From positions 31,161-95,160 of the forward strand of contig JBAYHI010000004.1 of assembly GCA_041666205.1 (NCBI GenBank): 64,000 nt of DNA, in the 5' to 3' direction. The notes under the pieces were generated by a model that searched no databases, had not been told where the DNA came from, and worked only from the letters and a program-made list of their open reading frames with translations. This stretch comes from Patescibacteria group bacterium. GTDB lineage: Bacteria; Patescibacteriota; Patescibacteriia; UBA9934. This document shows, piece by piece, positions 36,156 through 46,730 of the stretch; the first letter of the stretch is position 1, and each line of letters opens with the position of its first letter. Both the position numbers and the translations under genes were made by a program.

Positions 36156-36905
36156 TCAGGAAAACTTCCGCTCCTTCCCTGTAATCATCTTTATCCTCCC
36201 CGGGAGCACACTCACGTGAAATTCTTCTCCCTCAAACAGTTCGCCGTCCACCGATAAATCTACTGTCGGGCCACCCGTCATAATTTTTGCATGTGTGACC
36301 GGCACCAACGTGGCCGGCGTTTTTTTGCGAAACACTGAATGACCCCCGTCGCGCACAACGATCTCGATTTTTCCGTCGATGGGGTTTGCCGCGCGAGCAA
36401 GCGCATCGGCAAATGTCATATTGCGCACTTCGACCGTTGATTTCTTTGGCGGATAAATTTTGAATTGGCCCTCGCATTCAACGGTCATTTCCGGGGAGGT
36501 TTGAATAATAGCTGTATGCAAAAATCGGTGGCCGCTCACAACTCCAATGTCGAGGGACTCCACAATGCGCCCCGATAAAATATCACAGGCCGTTACGCCT
36601 TGAGGCATACCCAAAATATCGGCAATCGCATTATTATCTTTTGTCATCGGGATGATGCCTAGCACCACATCTTCATCACCAACCGCATCAATCACTTTGC
36701 GGAGCGTGCGATCGTCGCCAACCGCAATGACGGTTTTTGCGCCTTGCGCCACCGCGTCGCGAATGAATTCGCCAGGATCGCGAAAAAGCGCTAGGCGAGC
36801 AATCTTCCCGCTGATACCAAGGTCAGTAAGCCGAGTTTCCACGAGTGCTAGTTCCCGCTCAAACTTTTGACCTTGCACGAACTCATCGTAGACGTAGTAA
36901 TACAC
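36156..36905 (-). CDS. diacylglycerol/lipid kinase catalytic-domain protein (YegS/DAGK_cat family)
   Basis: VIAVGDDRTLRKVIDAV (GDG-type motif). Confidence 0.75.
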   Translation of the reverse strand: MYYYVYDEFVQGQKFERELALVETRLTDLGISGKIARLALFRDPGEFIRDAVAQGAKTVIAVGDDRTLRKVIDAVGDEDVVLGIIPMTKDNNAIADILGMPQGVTACDILSGRIVESLDIGVVSGHRFLHTAIIQTSPEMTVECEGQFKIYPPKKSTVEVRNMTFADALARAANPIDGKIEIVVRDGGHSVFRKKTPATLVPVTHAKIMTGGPTVDLSVDGELFEGEEFHVSVLPGRIKMITGKERKFS

Positions 36906-36906
36906 A

Positions 36907-37251
36907 TTACTCGGCCGCCTTAGTGCCGTTCATGGTTACTTTTCCATTGAGGGTTGCCCCGGGCGCAATGGAAAGCACTTCAACTTCAACGTCACCGGTA
37001 ATCTTTGCGGTCCCCGCAAGTTCCAGTCGACCATGAACGTTCATATTCCCTTGCACTTCGCCTGAAATCGAAGCATTTTGTGCTTCGACCGTAGCGCGAA
37101 TAACAGCAGCATCGCCAATGCGCAAATCGCCTTCTGTCTTCAAGCTTCCGCTCACTTCGCCCTCAATGACGATACTCCCTCCACTTTGAAAATCTCCCTC
37201 CACGCGCACGCCATGCGCGATAATGGTTTCTTCGCCAGATCCTTTTCCCAT
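36907..37251 (-). CDS. bactofilin family protein
   Basis: 114 aa of short beta-helical repeats (GD..V.G.V.G). Confidence 0.8.
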   Translation of the reverse strand: MGKGSGEETIIAHGVRVEGDFQSGGSIVIEGEVSGSLKTEGDLRIGDAAVIRATVEAQNASISGEVQGNMNVHGRLELAGTAKITGDVEVEVLSIAPGATLNGKVTMNGTKAAE

Positions 37252-37340
37252 ACAATTCAGTTAATTCTACTGGCTCTATGTTAGCCATATGTAAATAGGA
37301 GCGCAAAGCTCCTATCCACAGCCCCCATTTTTTTCCCTGT

Positions 37341-39047
37341 CTACATTTCCTCAAGTGGCTCAATGCAAAGCAAGCGCAAGGCATTCTCAAGTGACTGTCG
37401 CACGGCCTCACAAAGCATGAGGCGCGCCCCAGTGAGTTCTTTTTTCTCTTCATCAATCACATGCACCTCGTGATAAAACTCGGAGAACAATTTTGCAAGC
37501 TCAAACGCCCACAGAGCAATGGCAGACATTTGAAATGTCGTGCCTGCATCGAGCACAACCTCTGGATAGCGCGCAAGCTGGCGTACGAGTGCAATTTCTT
37601 TTTCATGCGTCAATAGCGTTGCCTTCCCTTTTGATTTGATTTTCGTTTTCTTTCGGATCGATTGAATGCGCGCCATGGTATACAAAAGATATGGCGCAGT
37701 GAATCCATCAAAGGAAAGCGCCTCTTCCATGTCAAACGTAATAATGGATTCCGGATCTTGGCGGAGCATCATGAACGTCATGGAAGCAATCGCAAGGGCA
37801 TGCGCGGTTTCTGCCACTTTTTTCTCGGTCCAATCTTCGTGACGATTTTTTGTTTCTTCCAAGAATCGCGCTTCCATGGCGTCACGCAAGGTTTCAAACG
37901 TCACAATATTTCCGGATCGCGACGACATCGCGCCTTCTGGCAAGGTCACCATATCGTAGGCAACATGCGTGAGTGGTTGAGTGAACCCCATGCGTCGAAG
38001 CGTTGCAAAGACTTGCTTGAAATAAAGCGACTGACGCACATCCACGACCACAATCTGACGATCGGCACGGTAATCTGCTTGTTTTTTCAAAATAAGCGCA
38101 ATCTCTTTTGTGGAATACAAGGCTCCTCCGTCAGATTTGAGCAAGAGGAAAATCCCCAAGCCTTCTTCTTCCAAATCCATCACGACCGCACCCTGACTCT
38201 TTTTTGCAAGTCCGTCGGTTAACAGTTTTAATACAATCTTTTTCCCCTCTTCTTCAACATCGCTTTCGAAATACCATTCATCGGGCGCAACGTGAAGCTC
38301 TTCAAAAATTTCTTTGAAGGCCGTTATGCTCCACTCGCGCGTTTCTTTCCACTGCGAATAGTAGGGCTCTTCTTGCGCTTCGAGTTTACGTTGCACTTGT
38401 GCAATCTCTCCTTTTGCTTCTTCATGCGCATCCACGTAGGCGGTGGCCTCGGTATAAATTTTTCCAAGCCAAGCCGTGCGCCCATCTTTTGGCACATCCT
38501 CGTCTTTATGGAATTTTTCCATGGCCCAAATCGCTTTTGCCACATGCGCACCAATATCGCCAATGTAGGCAGCGGCCGTCACCGTATACCCGTTTGCGCG
38601 AAGCGTGTTGATAATGGATTGCCCCAAAACTGCATTGCGCACATGTCCAATGTGAAATTCCTTATGCGTATTTGGTTGCGCATAATCCACAAGAATAGAT
38701 TTTTTTTCGCCCGAAATGCCCTCACCGTATTTCTCCCCAGAGGCCAAGATTTCTTTGAGAACCTCTTGCGTAAGCGTTTGTGTATTGAACGTAAAATTAA
38801 CATATGGCCCGGCAGACACCACTTTTTCAATATATTCGGTTGGCCCAATCTTTGCCGCAAGTTCTGTGGCAACTTCCACAGGATTTCGCTTCAACCCTTT
38901 TGCGTATTCGAAAACTGGAAACGCAATATCCCCAAACTTTGGATTCGGTGGCGTTTCAAATAAATCCGGGTGAACCGTATAGCCCTTCCCGATTGCATAT
39001 TTGAGCGCCTTCACCACGTCGGCAGTTGCGGTTTGTTTTGCGTACAT
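37341..39047 (-). CDS. argS: arginine--tRNA ligase
   Basis: HIGH-class motif HIGHVRNAVLG and a KMSKS-like motif. Start placed at the ATG 1 nt after the tyrS stop; ORF-track start 39128 overlaps tyrS. Confidence 0.9.
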   Translation of the reverse strand: MYAKQTATADVVKALKYAIGKGYTVHPDLFETPPNPKFGDIAFPVFEYAKGLKRNPVEVATELAAKIGPTEYIEKVVSAGPYVNFTFNTQTLTQEVLKEILASGEKYGEGISGEKKSILVDYAQPNTHKEFHIGHVRNAVLGQSIINTLRANGYTVTAAAYIGDIGAHVAKAIWAMEKFHKDEDVPKDGRTAWLGKIYTEATAYVDAHEEAKGEIAQVQRKLEAQEEPYYSQWKETREWSITAFKEIFEELHVAPDEWYFESDVEEEGKKIVLKLLTDGLAKKSQGAVVMDLEEEGLGIFLLLKSDGGALYSTKEIALILKKQADYRADRQIVVVDVRQSLYFKQVFATLRRMGFTQPLTHVAYDMVTLPEGAMSSRSGNIVTFETLRDAMEARFLEETKNRHEDWTEKKVAETAHALAIASMTFMMLRQDPESIITFDMEEALSFDGFTAPYLLYTMARIQSIRKKTKIKSKGKATLLTHEKEIALVRQLARYPEVVLDAGTTFQMSAIALWAFELAKLFSEFYHEVHVIDEEKKELTGARLMLCEAVRQSLENALRLLCIEPLEEM

Positions 39048-39048
39048 A

Positions 39049-40236
39049 TTAAACGAGTTTTGCAAAATTTCGTTTTCCACGTTGCAATACGACGCCGTAG
39101 GTTTCGACCGTGAACGCTTCGTCGCCAATCACCACGCCGTCGATTTTCACCGCTTGTTGGGCAATCAGGCGTCGCGCCTCCCCTTTGGATGACGCGAGAT
39201 GTGTTTCCACGAGGGCGTCCACAATCCCAATCGGGAGCGTGAGCGAAAATTCCGCAATCTCTTCCGGTTGCTCGTGATGTTGGAATAAGCTCACGAACGC
39301 TTCTTCTGCAACATCGGCTGCTTTGGCGCCGTGATACATGGTAACGATCTCTTTTGCCAAACGCGCTTTCAAATCGCGTGGATTGACGCCCTGTTCGAGT
39401 TGAACTTTCATGCCTTCCACTTCTTCTTTTGACACGTCTGTTGCTAGATCAAAATATGGCAAGATCATCGAATCATCCATCGCCATGAGCTTCCCGTACA
39501 TTTCCTCTGGCGCGTCGGAGAGCGCAATGAATCCGCCCTCGCTCTTGCTCATTTTTTTGCCTTCATCGTTTGTGAGGAGCTTCATGGTGAGAACAATTTT
39601 TTCCTTCTGTTTCAGTTCCTTCATGAGATCTCGGCCGGCCAGCATATTAAACATTTGATCTGACCCGCCAATCTCAACATCCACGTCCATCGCAACGGAA
39701 TCATAGCCCTGCATGAGCGGATACAAAAATTCATGCAAATAAATCGGCTTTCCATCTTTCATGCGATTTTCAAACATGTCGCGCTCGAGCATTTGCTGAA
39801 CGGTAAAATGCGAAGAGAGGTCCAAAATTTCTGTCATCGTGAGTTTCCCAAGCCATTTATGATTGAACATGATCTTCACTGGATTTTTTCCCGTAAAGCG
39901 CAGAATCTTTGAGGCTTGTTTTTTATACGTTGCAGCATTTGCAAGCACTTCCTTTTGTGAAAGCGCCACGCGCGTTGTGGATTTGCCTGTCGGGTCCCCA
40001 ATCATCGCGGTAAACGATCCGATTAGCAAAATCACCTCATGCCCCAATTCCTGAAACTCACGGAGCTTGCGCAAGCCAATGGCATGCCCAATATGAAGAT
40101 GCGGAGATGTTGGATCAACCCCTAAATAGATACGCAACCGTTTCCCGCTTTGAAGTTTGGACGCCAAGAACTCGGAAGACGGGTAAACCGCCTCAACACC
40201 GCGTTCAAGGACTGTTTCGATTTGATCTTGGTTCAT
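39049..40236 (-). CDS. tyrS: tyrosine--tRNA ligase
   Basis: HIGH (PHLHIGHAIG), KMSKS, C-terminal S4-like domain. Start at the Met 1 nt after the valS stop (MNQDQIETVL); ORF-track start 40434 overlaps valS. Confidence 0.9.
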   Translation of the reverse strand: MNQDQIETVLERGVEAVYPSSEFLASKLQSGKRLRIYLGVDPTSPHLHIGHAIGLRKLREFQELGHEVILLIGSFTAMIGDPTGKSTTRVALSQKEVLANAATYKKQASKILRFTGKNPVKIMFNHKWLGKLTMTEILDLSSHFTVQQMLERDMFENRMKDGKPIYLHEFLYPLMQGYDSVAMDVDVEIGGSDQMFNMLAGRDLMKELKQKEKIVLTMKLLTNDEGKKMSKSEGGFIALSDAPEEMYGKLMAMDDSMILPYFDLATDVSKEEVEGMKVQLEQGVNPRDLKARLAKEIVTMYHGAKAADVAEEAFVSLFQHHEQPEEIAEFSLTLPIGIVDALVETHLASSKGEARRLIAQQAVKIDGVVIGDEAFTVETYGVVLQRGKRNFAKLV

Positions 40237-40237
40237 A

Positions 40238-42883
40238 TTAGGAAAAATTGCTAAGCGTACTTTCGATTTTTTGAATACGTTCAAACGTGGCATCGCGCTT
40301 GCCTCGCTCCTCCTCGACAACCGAAGCCGGTGCGCGAGCAACGAACGATTCGTTTGCGAGTTTCTGGTCCAATGATTGCATGTAACGCTTGGCGTCTGCA
40401 AGTTCTTCTTCGTAACGCGCCTTTTCTTTTTCAACGTCTACGAGTCCTGCAAGCGGAACAAAAAGCTCCATGTCGCCCACCAGGACGGTGGCGGCTTTTG
40501 CCGGCTTTTCACCTTGGAATTGCGTGAAGGATTGAACACGCGCGAGCGTTTTGATAATTTCTTCCGCTTCCGGTGAGAGGTGCCCTTGCACGATTACGTC
40601 GAGCTTCACTTTCGGATCGAGTCGATAATTTGAACGAAGGTTACGAATGCCCACCACGATTTCCTGGAGCTCGGCAAAAGCCGCCACATCAATCGCTTTC
40701 GACGCATACGACGTTTCCGGCCACTGTGCAACAATCAGCATGCCATGGTTGAACTTCTTATAAATTTCTTCGGTTACAAATGGCATGAATGGATGCCAGA
40801 GCATGAGCAGGCGCTCGAGGATAAACAAGAGGATCTCGTCTTTCTTCCCTTCGATTTTGGCAATTTCCAAATACCAATCCGCAAAATCATTCCACGTAAA
40901 TTCGCGAAGCGTTTCGCCAAGCATGGAGAACTCATGGCGCTCAAAATGACGCGTCACTTTCTTCTCCACCTCTGCATATCGCCCTAAAATCCAACGATCC
41001 GCGAGCGTTTGAGGCTCTGGCACCTGTGCCATATGCCGTACTTCGGGAACAGTCATGAAAATATAGCGCGAAATATTCCACAGCTTATTGGTGAAATTTC
41101 GGAACCCTGCAATTTTTTCCTCCGAGAGTTTAGTATCGTTGCCTGGCGTTGCACCAATCAAAAGCGAAAGACGCGTTGCATCAGCCCCATATTCTTCAAT
41201 CATGTCCAGAGGATTAATGACGTTTCCCAAGGATTTGGACATCTTGCGCCCTTCTGCATCACGCACAAGACCGTGGAGGTAAACCGTTTTGAATGGAATC
41301 TCACCCAAGTGGTATGTGGACATGAGGATCATGCGAGCCACCCAAAAAAACAAAATGTCGTAGCCGGTCTCCAAAACCGTGGTCGGGTGATAGGTTTCCA
41401 AATCCTTCGCTCCAGCATTTGGCCACCCCATTGTTGAGAACGTCCAAAGGCCGGAAGAAAACCACGTATCGAGTGTATCTGGGTCGCGCTCCCATCCTTC
41501 TCCTTCAGGCTTTTGTGAACCCACGAACACTTCATTTGTTCGATACCAAACTGGGATTCGATGTCCAAACCAAATTTGACGCGAAATATTCCAGTCGCGC
41601 AAATTATCGATCCAATGGAAATATGTCTTCTCAAAACGCTCTGGAATAATCTTCACTTCACCCGTTCGAACCACGTGTTGCATGAGCGACTTGAGGGTCA
41701 CTTCTTGGCCGTCGGAAATCCCGTCAATTGGATGGCGCGCTGAGGCGTTAAATGCGAATGGTTTATTCACGTCAATGAACCACTGCTCTTTTGGAAGCGG
41801 TTCAATAATTCCCCCGCTGCGCTGAGCATACGAAAGGCTTTGCGCTGTCTCTTCTTCGCCTTCGAGGAGTCCTTCGCTTCGGAGCCACTCGACAATCATC
41901 TTTCGTGCTTCGATTGTCGTCTTTCCTTTTACCAAATCACCTGCATTCTGCGTCATTTTTGCCTCTTCGTTGATAACTTGCACCATTGGCAATTTATGAC
42001 GTTTAGACATCTCAAAATCCACGATACTGTGAGCTGGCGTGACGCCCAGGGCGCCTGTTCCAAATTTCGGATCAACTTCTTCATCGGCGATCACAACCAA
42101 ATGCAGTTTTGCGCCTGCAAACTGAACGTCGAATGTCTTTCCAATGAACTCTTTATAGCGAGGATCTTCTGGATGGACCGCGATCGCCGTATCGCCTACT
42201 TTTGTTTCTGGTCGCGTGGTGGAAATGGCAATCGGAAGTTCTTTGCTGTAGCGAAATGTATAGAGCATTGCCGTGCCCTCTTTATACTCAACTTCATCGT
42301 CTGAAACCGACGTCTGCCCAATTGGGTCCCAATTAATGACACGGTAGCCTCGATAGATGAGACCATCATTGTACATCTGAACAAATGCGGTGTTCACCGC
42401 GTCTGCGCGTTTTTGATCGAGCGTATAGGCCTCGCGCGTCCAATCAATACTCGCCCCCATTTTCTTGGTTTGATTTACAATCGTATCGTGACTTGCCTGC
42501 GCAAATTCTTTCACGCGCTCCAAAAATGCTTCACGCCCCAAATCCTCCCGAGTCTTTCCCTCTTTTTCCATGAGGATTTTTTCCACTTTTGATTCTGTGG
42601 CGATTGCAGCGTGATCGGTTCCGGGAATCCAAACTGTATTTTTGCCACGCATTCTGGCAAATCGCACCATTGCGTCCTCAATAGCAAGCATCACGGCATG
42701 CCCTATGTGGAGCGTGCCCGTAACGTTTGGTGGCGGAAGAACAATCGAAAAAACATCCTGCGGGTTTTTTACATGCGGTAGATTTTCCGGCGAAAAAAAT
42801 CCGCTTTTTTGCCACGCATCGTAAATTGCGTCCTCAACGGTTTTTGCTTCGTAGGCTTTTGGAATATTCCTTTGTTCGTCCAT
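40238..42883 (-). CDS. valS: valine--tRNA ligase
   Basis: 881 aa; HIGH (LHIGHAVM) and KMSKS class I motifs, C-terminal coiled coil. Confidence 0.95.
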   Translation of the reverse strand: MDEQRNIPKAYEAKTVEDAIYDAWQKSGFFSPENLPHVKNPQDVFSIVLPPPNVTGTLHIGHAVMLAIEDAMVRFARMRGKNTVWIPGTDHAAIATESKVEKILMEKEGKTREDLGREAFLERVKEFAQASHDTIVNQTKKMGASIDWTREAYTLDQKRADAVNTAFVQMYNDGLIYRGYRVINWDPIGQTSVSDDEVEYKEGTAMLYTFRYSKELPIAISTTRPETKVGDTAIAVHPEDPRYKEFIGKTFDVQFAGAKLHLVVIADEEVDPKFGTGALGVTPAHSIVDFEMSKRHKLPMVQVINEEAKMTQNAGDLVKGKTTIEARKMIVEWLRSEGLLEGEEETAQSLSYAQRSGGIIEPLPKEQWFIDVNKPFAFNASARHPIDGISDGQEVTLKSLMQHVVRTGEVKIIPERFEKTYFHWIDNLRDWNISRQIWFGHRIPVWYRTNEVFVGSQKPEGEGWERDPDTLDTWFSSGLWTFSTMGWPNAGAKDLETYHPTTVLETGYDILFFWVARMILMSTYHLGEIPFKTVYLHGLVRDAEGRKMSKSLGNVINPLDMIEEYGADATRLSLLIGATPGNDTKLSEEKIAGFRNFTNKLWNISRYIFMTVPEVRHMAQVPEPQTLADRWILGRYAEVEKKVTRHFERHEFSMLGETLREFTWNDFADWYLEIAKIEGKKDEILLFILERLLMLWHPFMPFVTEEIYKKFNHGMLIVAQWPETSYASKAIDVAAFAELQEIVVGIRNLRSNYRLDPKVKLDVIVQGHLSPEAEEIIKTLARVQSFTQFQGEKPAKAATVLVGDMELFVPLAGLVDVEKEKARYEEELADAKRYMQSLDQKLANESFVARAPASVVEEERGKRDATFERIQKIESTLSNFS

Positions 42884-43000
42884 ACGTCACTGATTGTAGT
42901 CAAAAACAGCACAACAATCAACTAATCCCCCCGACGCTTGACGACGCTCCCGAGCTTCGCTAAGCTACTCCTCTTCTGATGAACCCTCTCAAGAAATTGC

Positions 43001-44134
43001 ATGTCACTTGCTATCCACGAACAATTCCTCGAAGCAATTGAACGCAGTGCGCGTCCCCTTATTGTATTGCCAAAAACCGCAACGCCAGATGATTTTGCTT
43101 CCGCATTTGCTCTTGGGACACTATTTAAAAAACTTGGAAAACCCATTGAGATTGCAACCGTGGGCGGTCGATCGCCAAAAAATCTTGATTTCCTGGGCTC
43201 AACCGTAGCCATTCGAGGCGATCTCCCCAATATCCGCAAACTCCTCATTCGCGTAAAATCCAAAGAGACAAAAATTGACGAGCTCTCCTACGAGATTCAC
43301 GACGAAGAAGTGCTCATTCATCTCATTCCAAAAACCGGCACATGGAATGCGGAAGATGTGGAACTCGTTTCCGACAAATTCCGCTATGATCTCATCATCG
43401 CCCTTGGAGGAAGTGATTTAGAGCAATTTGGCGACCTCTACAAAAAGTATTCGGACTTTTTCTTTGGCACCCCACTCATCAATATCGACCATTCCCCAGC
43501 CAATGAACATTACGGCCAAATCAATTTGGTGGACGTGAATGCTGTTTCAGTTTCGGAAATCATTTTTGATCTACTCCGCGAGATTGATAAATCTCTCATC
43601 GATGCTTCGGTGGCAACCAATCTATTGGCTGGCATGATTTTTAAAACCAAGAGTTTCAAATCCACAAACGTCACGCCAAAAACGCTCAAATCCGCGGGCG
43701 ACCTTATGGCCTTTGGCGCAAAACGCGACGAAATCGTCACACATCTTTACCGCACGCGCACCGTGGAAACACTTCGTTTGTGGGGTCGAGCGCTTGCTCG
43801 CCTCAAATCCGATAAAGAACACGGGCTTGTGTGGACCATGCTCACCAAATCCGATTTCGTAAATGCCGGGGCCGACGAAACCGCGCTCGCCGACGTGATT
43901 GACGAACTCATTGTGACGTCGCCTCATGCAAAAATCGCGGCGATTTTCTACGAAGGCGTTGATCGCGTACACGTGATTTTGCATGCCGAGCGCCCACATG
44001 ATGCGATTTTCCTTGGGGCTCCGTTTTCCGCCTCGGGCACGCGCGAAGAAGCGCGCCTCGAGATTCGCGAAACCGACCTGGTGGGCGCAGAAAAAAAAGT
44101 CATCAGTCACATCAAGTCCCATATCGCCCCATAA
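43001..44134 (+). CDS. DHH/DHHA1 family phosphoesterase (NrnA-like)
   Basis: DHH-type motifs; the canonical DHH appears as DHS (NIDHSPAN). Confidence 0.7.
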   Translation: MSLAIHEQFLEAIERSARPLIVLPKTATPDDFASAFALGTLFKKLGKPIEIATVGGRSPKNLDFLGSTVAIRGDLPNIRKLLIRVKSKETKIDELSYEIHDEEVLIHLIPKTGTWNAEDVELVSDKFRYDLIIALGGSDLEQFGDLYKKYSDFFFGTPLINIDHSPANEHYGQINLVDVNAVSVSEIIFDLLREIDKSLIDASVATNLLAGMIFKTKSFKSTNVTPKTLKSAGDLMAFGAKRDEIVTHLYRTRTVETLRLWGRALARLKSDKEHGLVWTMLTKSDFVNAGADETALADVIDELIVTSPHAKIAAIFYEGVDRVHVILHAERPHDAIFLGAPFSASGTREEARLEIRETDLVGAEKKVISHIKSHIAP

Positions 44135-44162
44135 AATCTCCCCGTACGGAGATTTTTCGTTA
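44135..44162 (+). terminator. rho-independent terminator
   Basis: AAATCTCC-CCGTACGG-GGAGATTT hairpin followed by a T run. Confidence 0.6.
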
Positions 44163-44262
44163 GAGGACTGTTGCGATTGGATGCAGAACGAGGAAAAAAT
44201 CGAGCAACAAGGAGCCGTACCCATGTGTACGGTGACGAAGTGCGCAGGTTTTTGACAAAGTT

Positions 44263-45780
44263 ATGCGCCAAACGCAAAAGTCCTATGTTATACTGTGCCT
44301 CATGGAGACGCTACTGGTGCACTATGCACGCAAAAGCATCTCGCCCGAGGAGCGAGCTTCTCTTTTTGTTGATGGAGAGCCGCGTCTCACGTGGACATCG
44401 CTTCTGTATGCAGATTTTCCGCAGGCAGAAATTTTCTTAGTCGGTGGCACGATTCGCGATGTATTGCTTGGGCGTCATCCGCAAGATATTGATTTGGTGG
44501 TGCGCAATGTGCCGGTTGATGTGCTCGAGCCATGGCTCTATCGTCATGGCGCAGCGGAATTTGTTGGACGATTTGGCACGTTTAAATTTGTGCCACATGG
44601 ATGTACCAATCGTCAGCCGCTCGATATTGCTCTTCCTCGCACCGAACACGTATTTGATCCCGATGCGCATGCGAGCGGGCGCAAAAGTTTGGACGTAAAA
44701 TTCAATAGCGATTTGCCCATCAAAGAAGATTTGAGTCGACGCGATTTTACGATTAACGCCATGGCGTTTGAACTTCGGAATCGTCGTCTTATTGATCCGT
44801 TTTTAGGGTTGCAGGATTTGCATGCCGGTTCCATTAGCGCTGTGCTTTTGCCCGAACAACGTTTTTTTGAAGATGCTACACGCATGCTTCGCGCGCTTCG
44901 TTTGGCAAGCCAGCTTGGATTTGGAATCGAGGAGCTCACCTGGCGCGCCCTCAAGGCAAATATCGACTTGCTACAAAAAACCACCACACATGAAAATGGC
45001 ACGCACATTTATGTGGTGCCACGCGAGATGATTGGCCGTGAATTTTTGCTCGGCTTCAATGCGCACCCCATGCACACGATTCGCTTGTGGCTTGAATGTC
45101 GCGCGCTTCATTTGTTCATGCCCGAGCTTGCACGACTTGAAGGATTACTCCACGAAGATCGGGAAACCATTTTGCAAAAAACCCTCAATACAATTTCCGT
45201 TCTTGAAAAACCGTCATTCCTTGCAACATACGGAGTACATCGCGCAACGCCAACGCTTTTACTTGCCGCACTCATGTCATTTGTGGAAGACGATAAAGCC
45301 ACCATTGCGCGTCGCATTTGCACGGATTATTATTTCCATCAATTTCCAAACAATCATCATGCGCGCATTCGTTGCGAAGATTTATTCTGGCTCCTTTCGC
45401 ACATGCATGATTTTGAAACCGTCGATCCAGCGTCGCTTCGCCCTTCAAAATTTGAAAACATGTTCCTAACTGAGCGCGGGCGCGATTTGCTCATGCTCAT
45501 GCACGCCACAAGTATCGCAAGCGGTCGCCACAGCGTTGCGCGCGAGCGTATTCACGTGGCCGAGCGTATTCGCGAGCGCATGATTGCGGACGCACGTATG
45601 CACGAGGGTGCGGATCGCCTGCCACGCCTCCTCACGGGATCGGATTTGCAAGTACTTGGTATTGAACCAGGCCCAGGCTATCGCGAGCTCCTCGATTTGG
45701 TGCGTGATATGCAACTTAGCCACAAGATTGAATCAAAACTCGAGGCCGAAGAACTCGTGAAGCTTGCGCTGAAGAAATAA
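44263..45780 (+). CDS. cca: CCA-adding enzyme / poly(A) polymerase family tRNA nucleotidyltransferase
   Basis: GGTIRDVLLG...DIDLVV head-domain motifs; true start may be the internal Met near 44299. Confidence 0.8.
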   Translation: MRQTQKSYVILCLMETLLVHYARKSISPEERASLFVDGEPRLTWTSLLYADFPQAEIFLVGGTIRDVLLGRHPQDIDLVVRNVPVDVLEPWLYRHGAAEFVGRFGTFKFVPHGCTNRQPLDIALPRTEHVFDPDAHASGRKSLDVKFNSDLPIKEDLSRRDFTINAMAFELRNRRLIDPFLGLQDLHAGSISAVLLPEQRFFEDATRMLRALRLASQLGFGIEELTWRALKANIDLLQKTTTHENGTHIYVVPREMIGREFLLGFNAHPMHTIRLWLECRALHLFMPELARLEGLLHEDRETILQKTLNTISVLEKPSFLATYGVHRATPTLLLAALMSFVEDDKATIARRICTDYYFHQFPNNHHARIRCEDLFWLLSHMHDFETVDPASLRPSKFENMFLTERGRDLLMLMHATSIASGRHSVARERIHVAERIRERMIADARMHEGADRLPRLLTGSDLQVLGIEPGPGYRELLDLVRDMQLSHKIESKLEAEELVKLALKK

Positions 45781-45881
45781 AAATTGCCCAAATATGACAA
45801 GACCTCGCCCCGCAGCTGCGGTCGAGGTCTTTTACGATTCCTCCGTTGAATCACGATGCAGTTTTTGAGAAGTCGCTCTCT

Positions 45882-46187
45882 TCAGCTCAGGCCGTGCTCG
45901 TCCCCCAACAGGTCGTTGATGGTCGCGGCCGTCGCGATCGCAGCGAGATCCTCATTCCCGTAAATCTCCATGTACTCATCGTACAGGAGCGAAATGAGCT
46001 CCCCGAGCGAATAGTCCGTCCGACTCGAACGCCCGGATCCTCCCGACTGCCGCGTGGTTGTGGACGCAGACGCCGTAGATTCCTCCGTAGCCGGCTTATT
46101 CTCCGCGACCGCCTCCGCAGACTCCGTTGCTACAACCGGCACTCCATCCGGACTCCGGGCACGTTCTTCTGCCATGGGAACCTCCAA
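45882..46187 (-). CDS. hypothetical protein (high-GC island)
   Basis: Sensible composition compared with the Arg-rich antisense frames; third of three co-oriented small ORFs. Confidence 0.4.
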   Translation of the reverse strand: MEVPMAEERARSPDGVPVVATESAEAVAENKPATEESTASASTTTRQSGGSGRSSRTDYSLGELISLLYDEYMEIYGNEDLAAIATAATINDLLGDEHGLS

Positions 46188-46286
46188 TGTTCGTGTTCTC
46201 TAATTTCGGCTCCGCCCAATGTACAAGCCTTGTACACTTAGCGCAACCCGCGTCCGAAAAGCAGACGCGAGGAGAAGATGAAGGAA

Positions 46287-46619
46287 CTACGATGGGGAGT
46301 ACGTGACCTTGAGAATTCGAGGTTCGTTCGGATTCTCGGGGTTCGGCCACCTCAGCGTAGCGGACGGAGACGAACCGAGCGTCACCTCGATTTGTACGTC
46401 TTCCCCGCGGAGTCCATTGTGAATCACACGCGCAACTGATTCTATCCGCTGCGGCATAGGTGATGGTTTGCCTCGCGGACGATGCGCACGAACGTAGTCT
46501 TCTCCGAGAGCTCCCTCCACCAGAATCTCGATCTCGTCAGGCGTCAACCGGGTCGGTGCGGGGTTTCCCTGCGCCACCGGCGTGGGCATATTATCCGGGC
46601 GATATGGATTCCGATTCAT
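46287..46619 (-). CDS. hypothetical protein (high-GC island)
   Basis: 110 aa ORF; second in the operon. Confidence 0.4.
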   Translation of the reverse strand: MNRNPYRPDNMPTPVAQGNPAPTRLTPDEIEILVEGALGEDYVRAHRPRGKPSPMPQRIESVARVIHNGLRGEDVQIEVTLGSSPSATLRWPNPENPNEPRILKVTYSPS

Positions 46620-46730
46620 GGCTCAAGCCCTCCTTGAGTCGTTTTCGATATTCACTCCGCTCATGGCACAAATTTCTTTTTGCACTGAGCGGGGTCCGCG
46701 TCGAGGGACGCGGGAGAGACGATCCGCACG

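Noticed and set aside
44200-44262. TTGACA...TATACT as a promoter for the CCA-enzyme gene
   Set aside because: Spacing between the -35-like and -10-like hexamers is about 26 nt, so it is not a canonical sigma70 promoter. Not reported as a feature.
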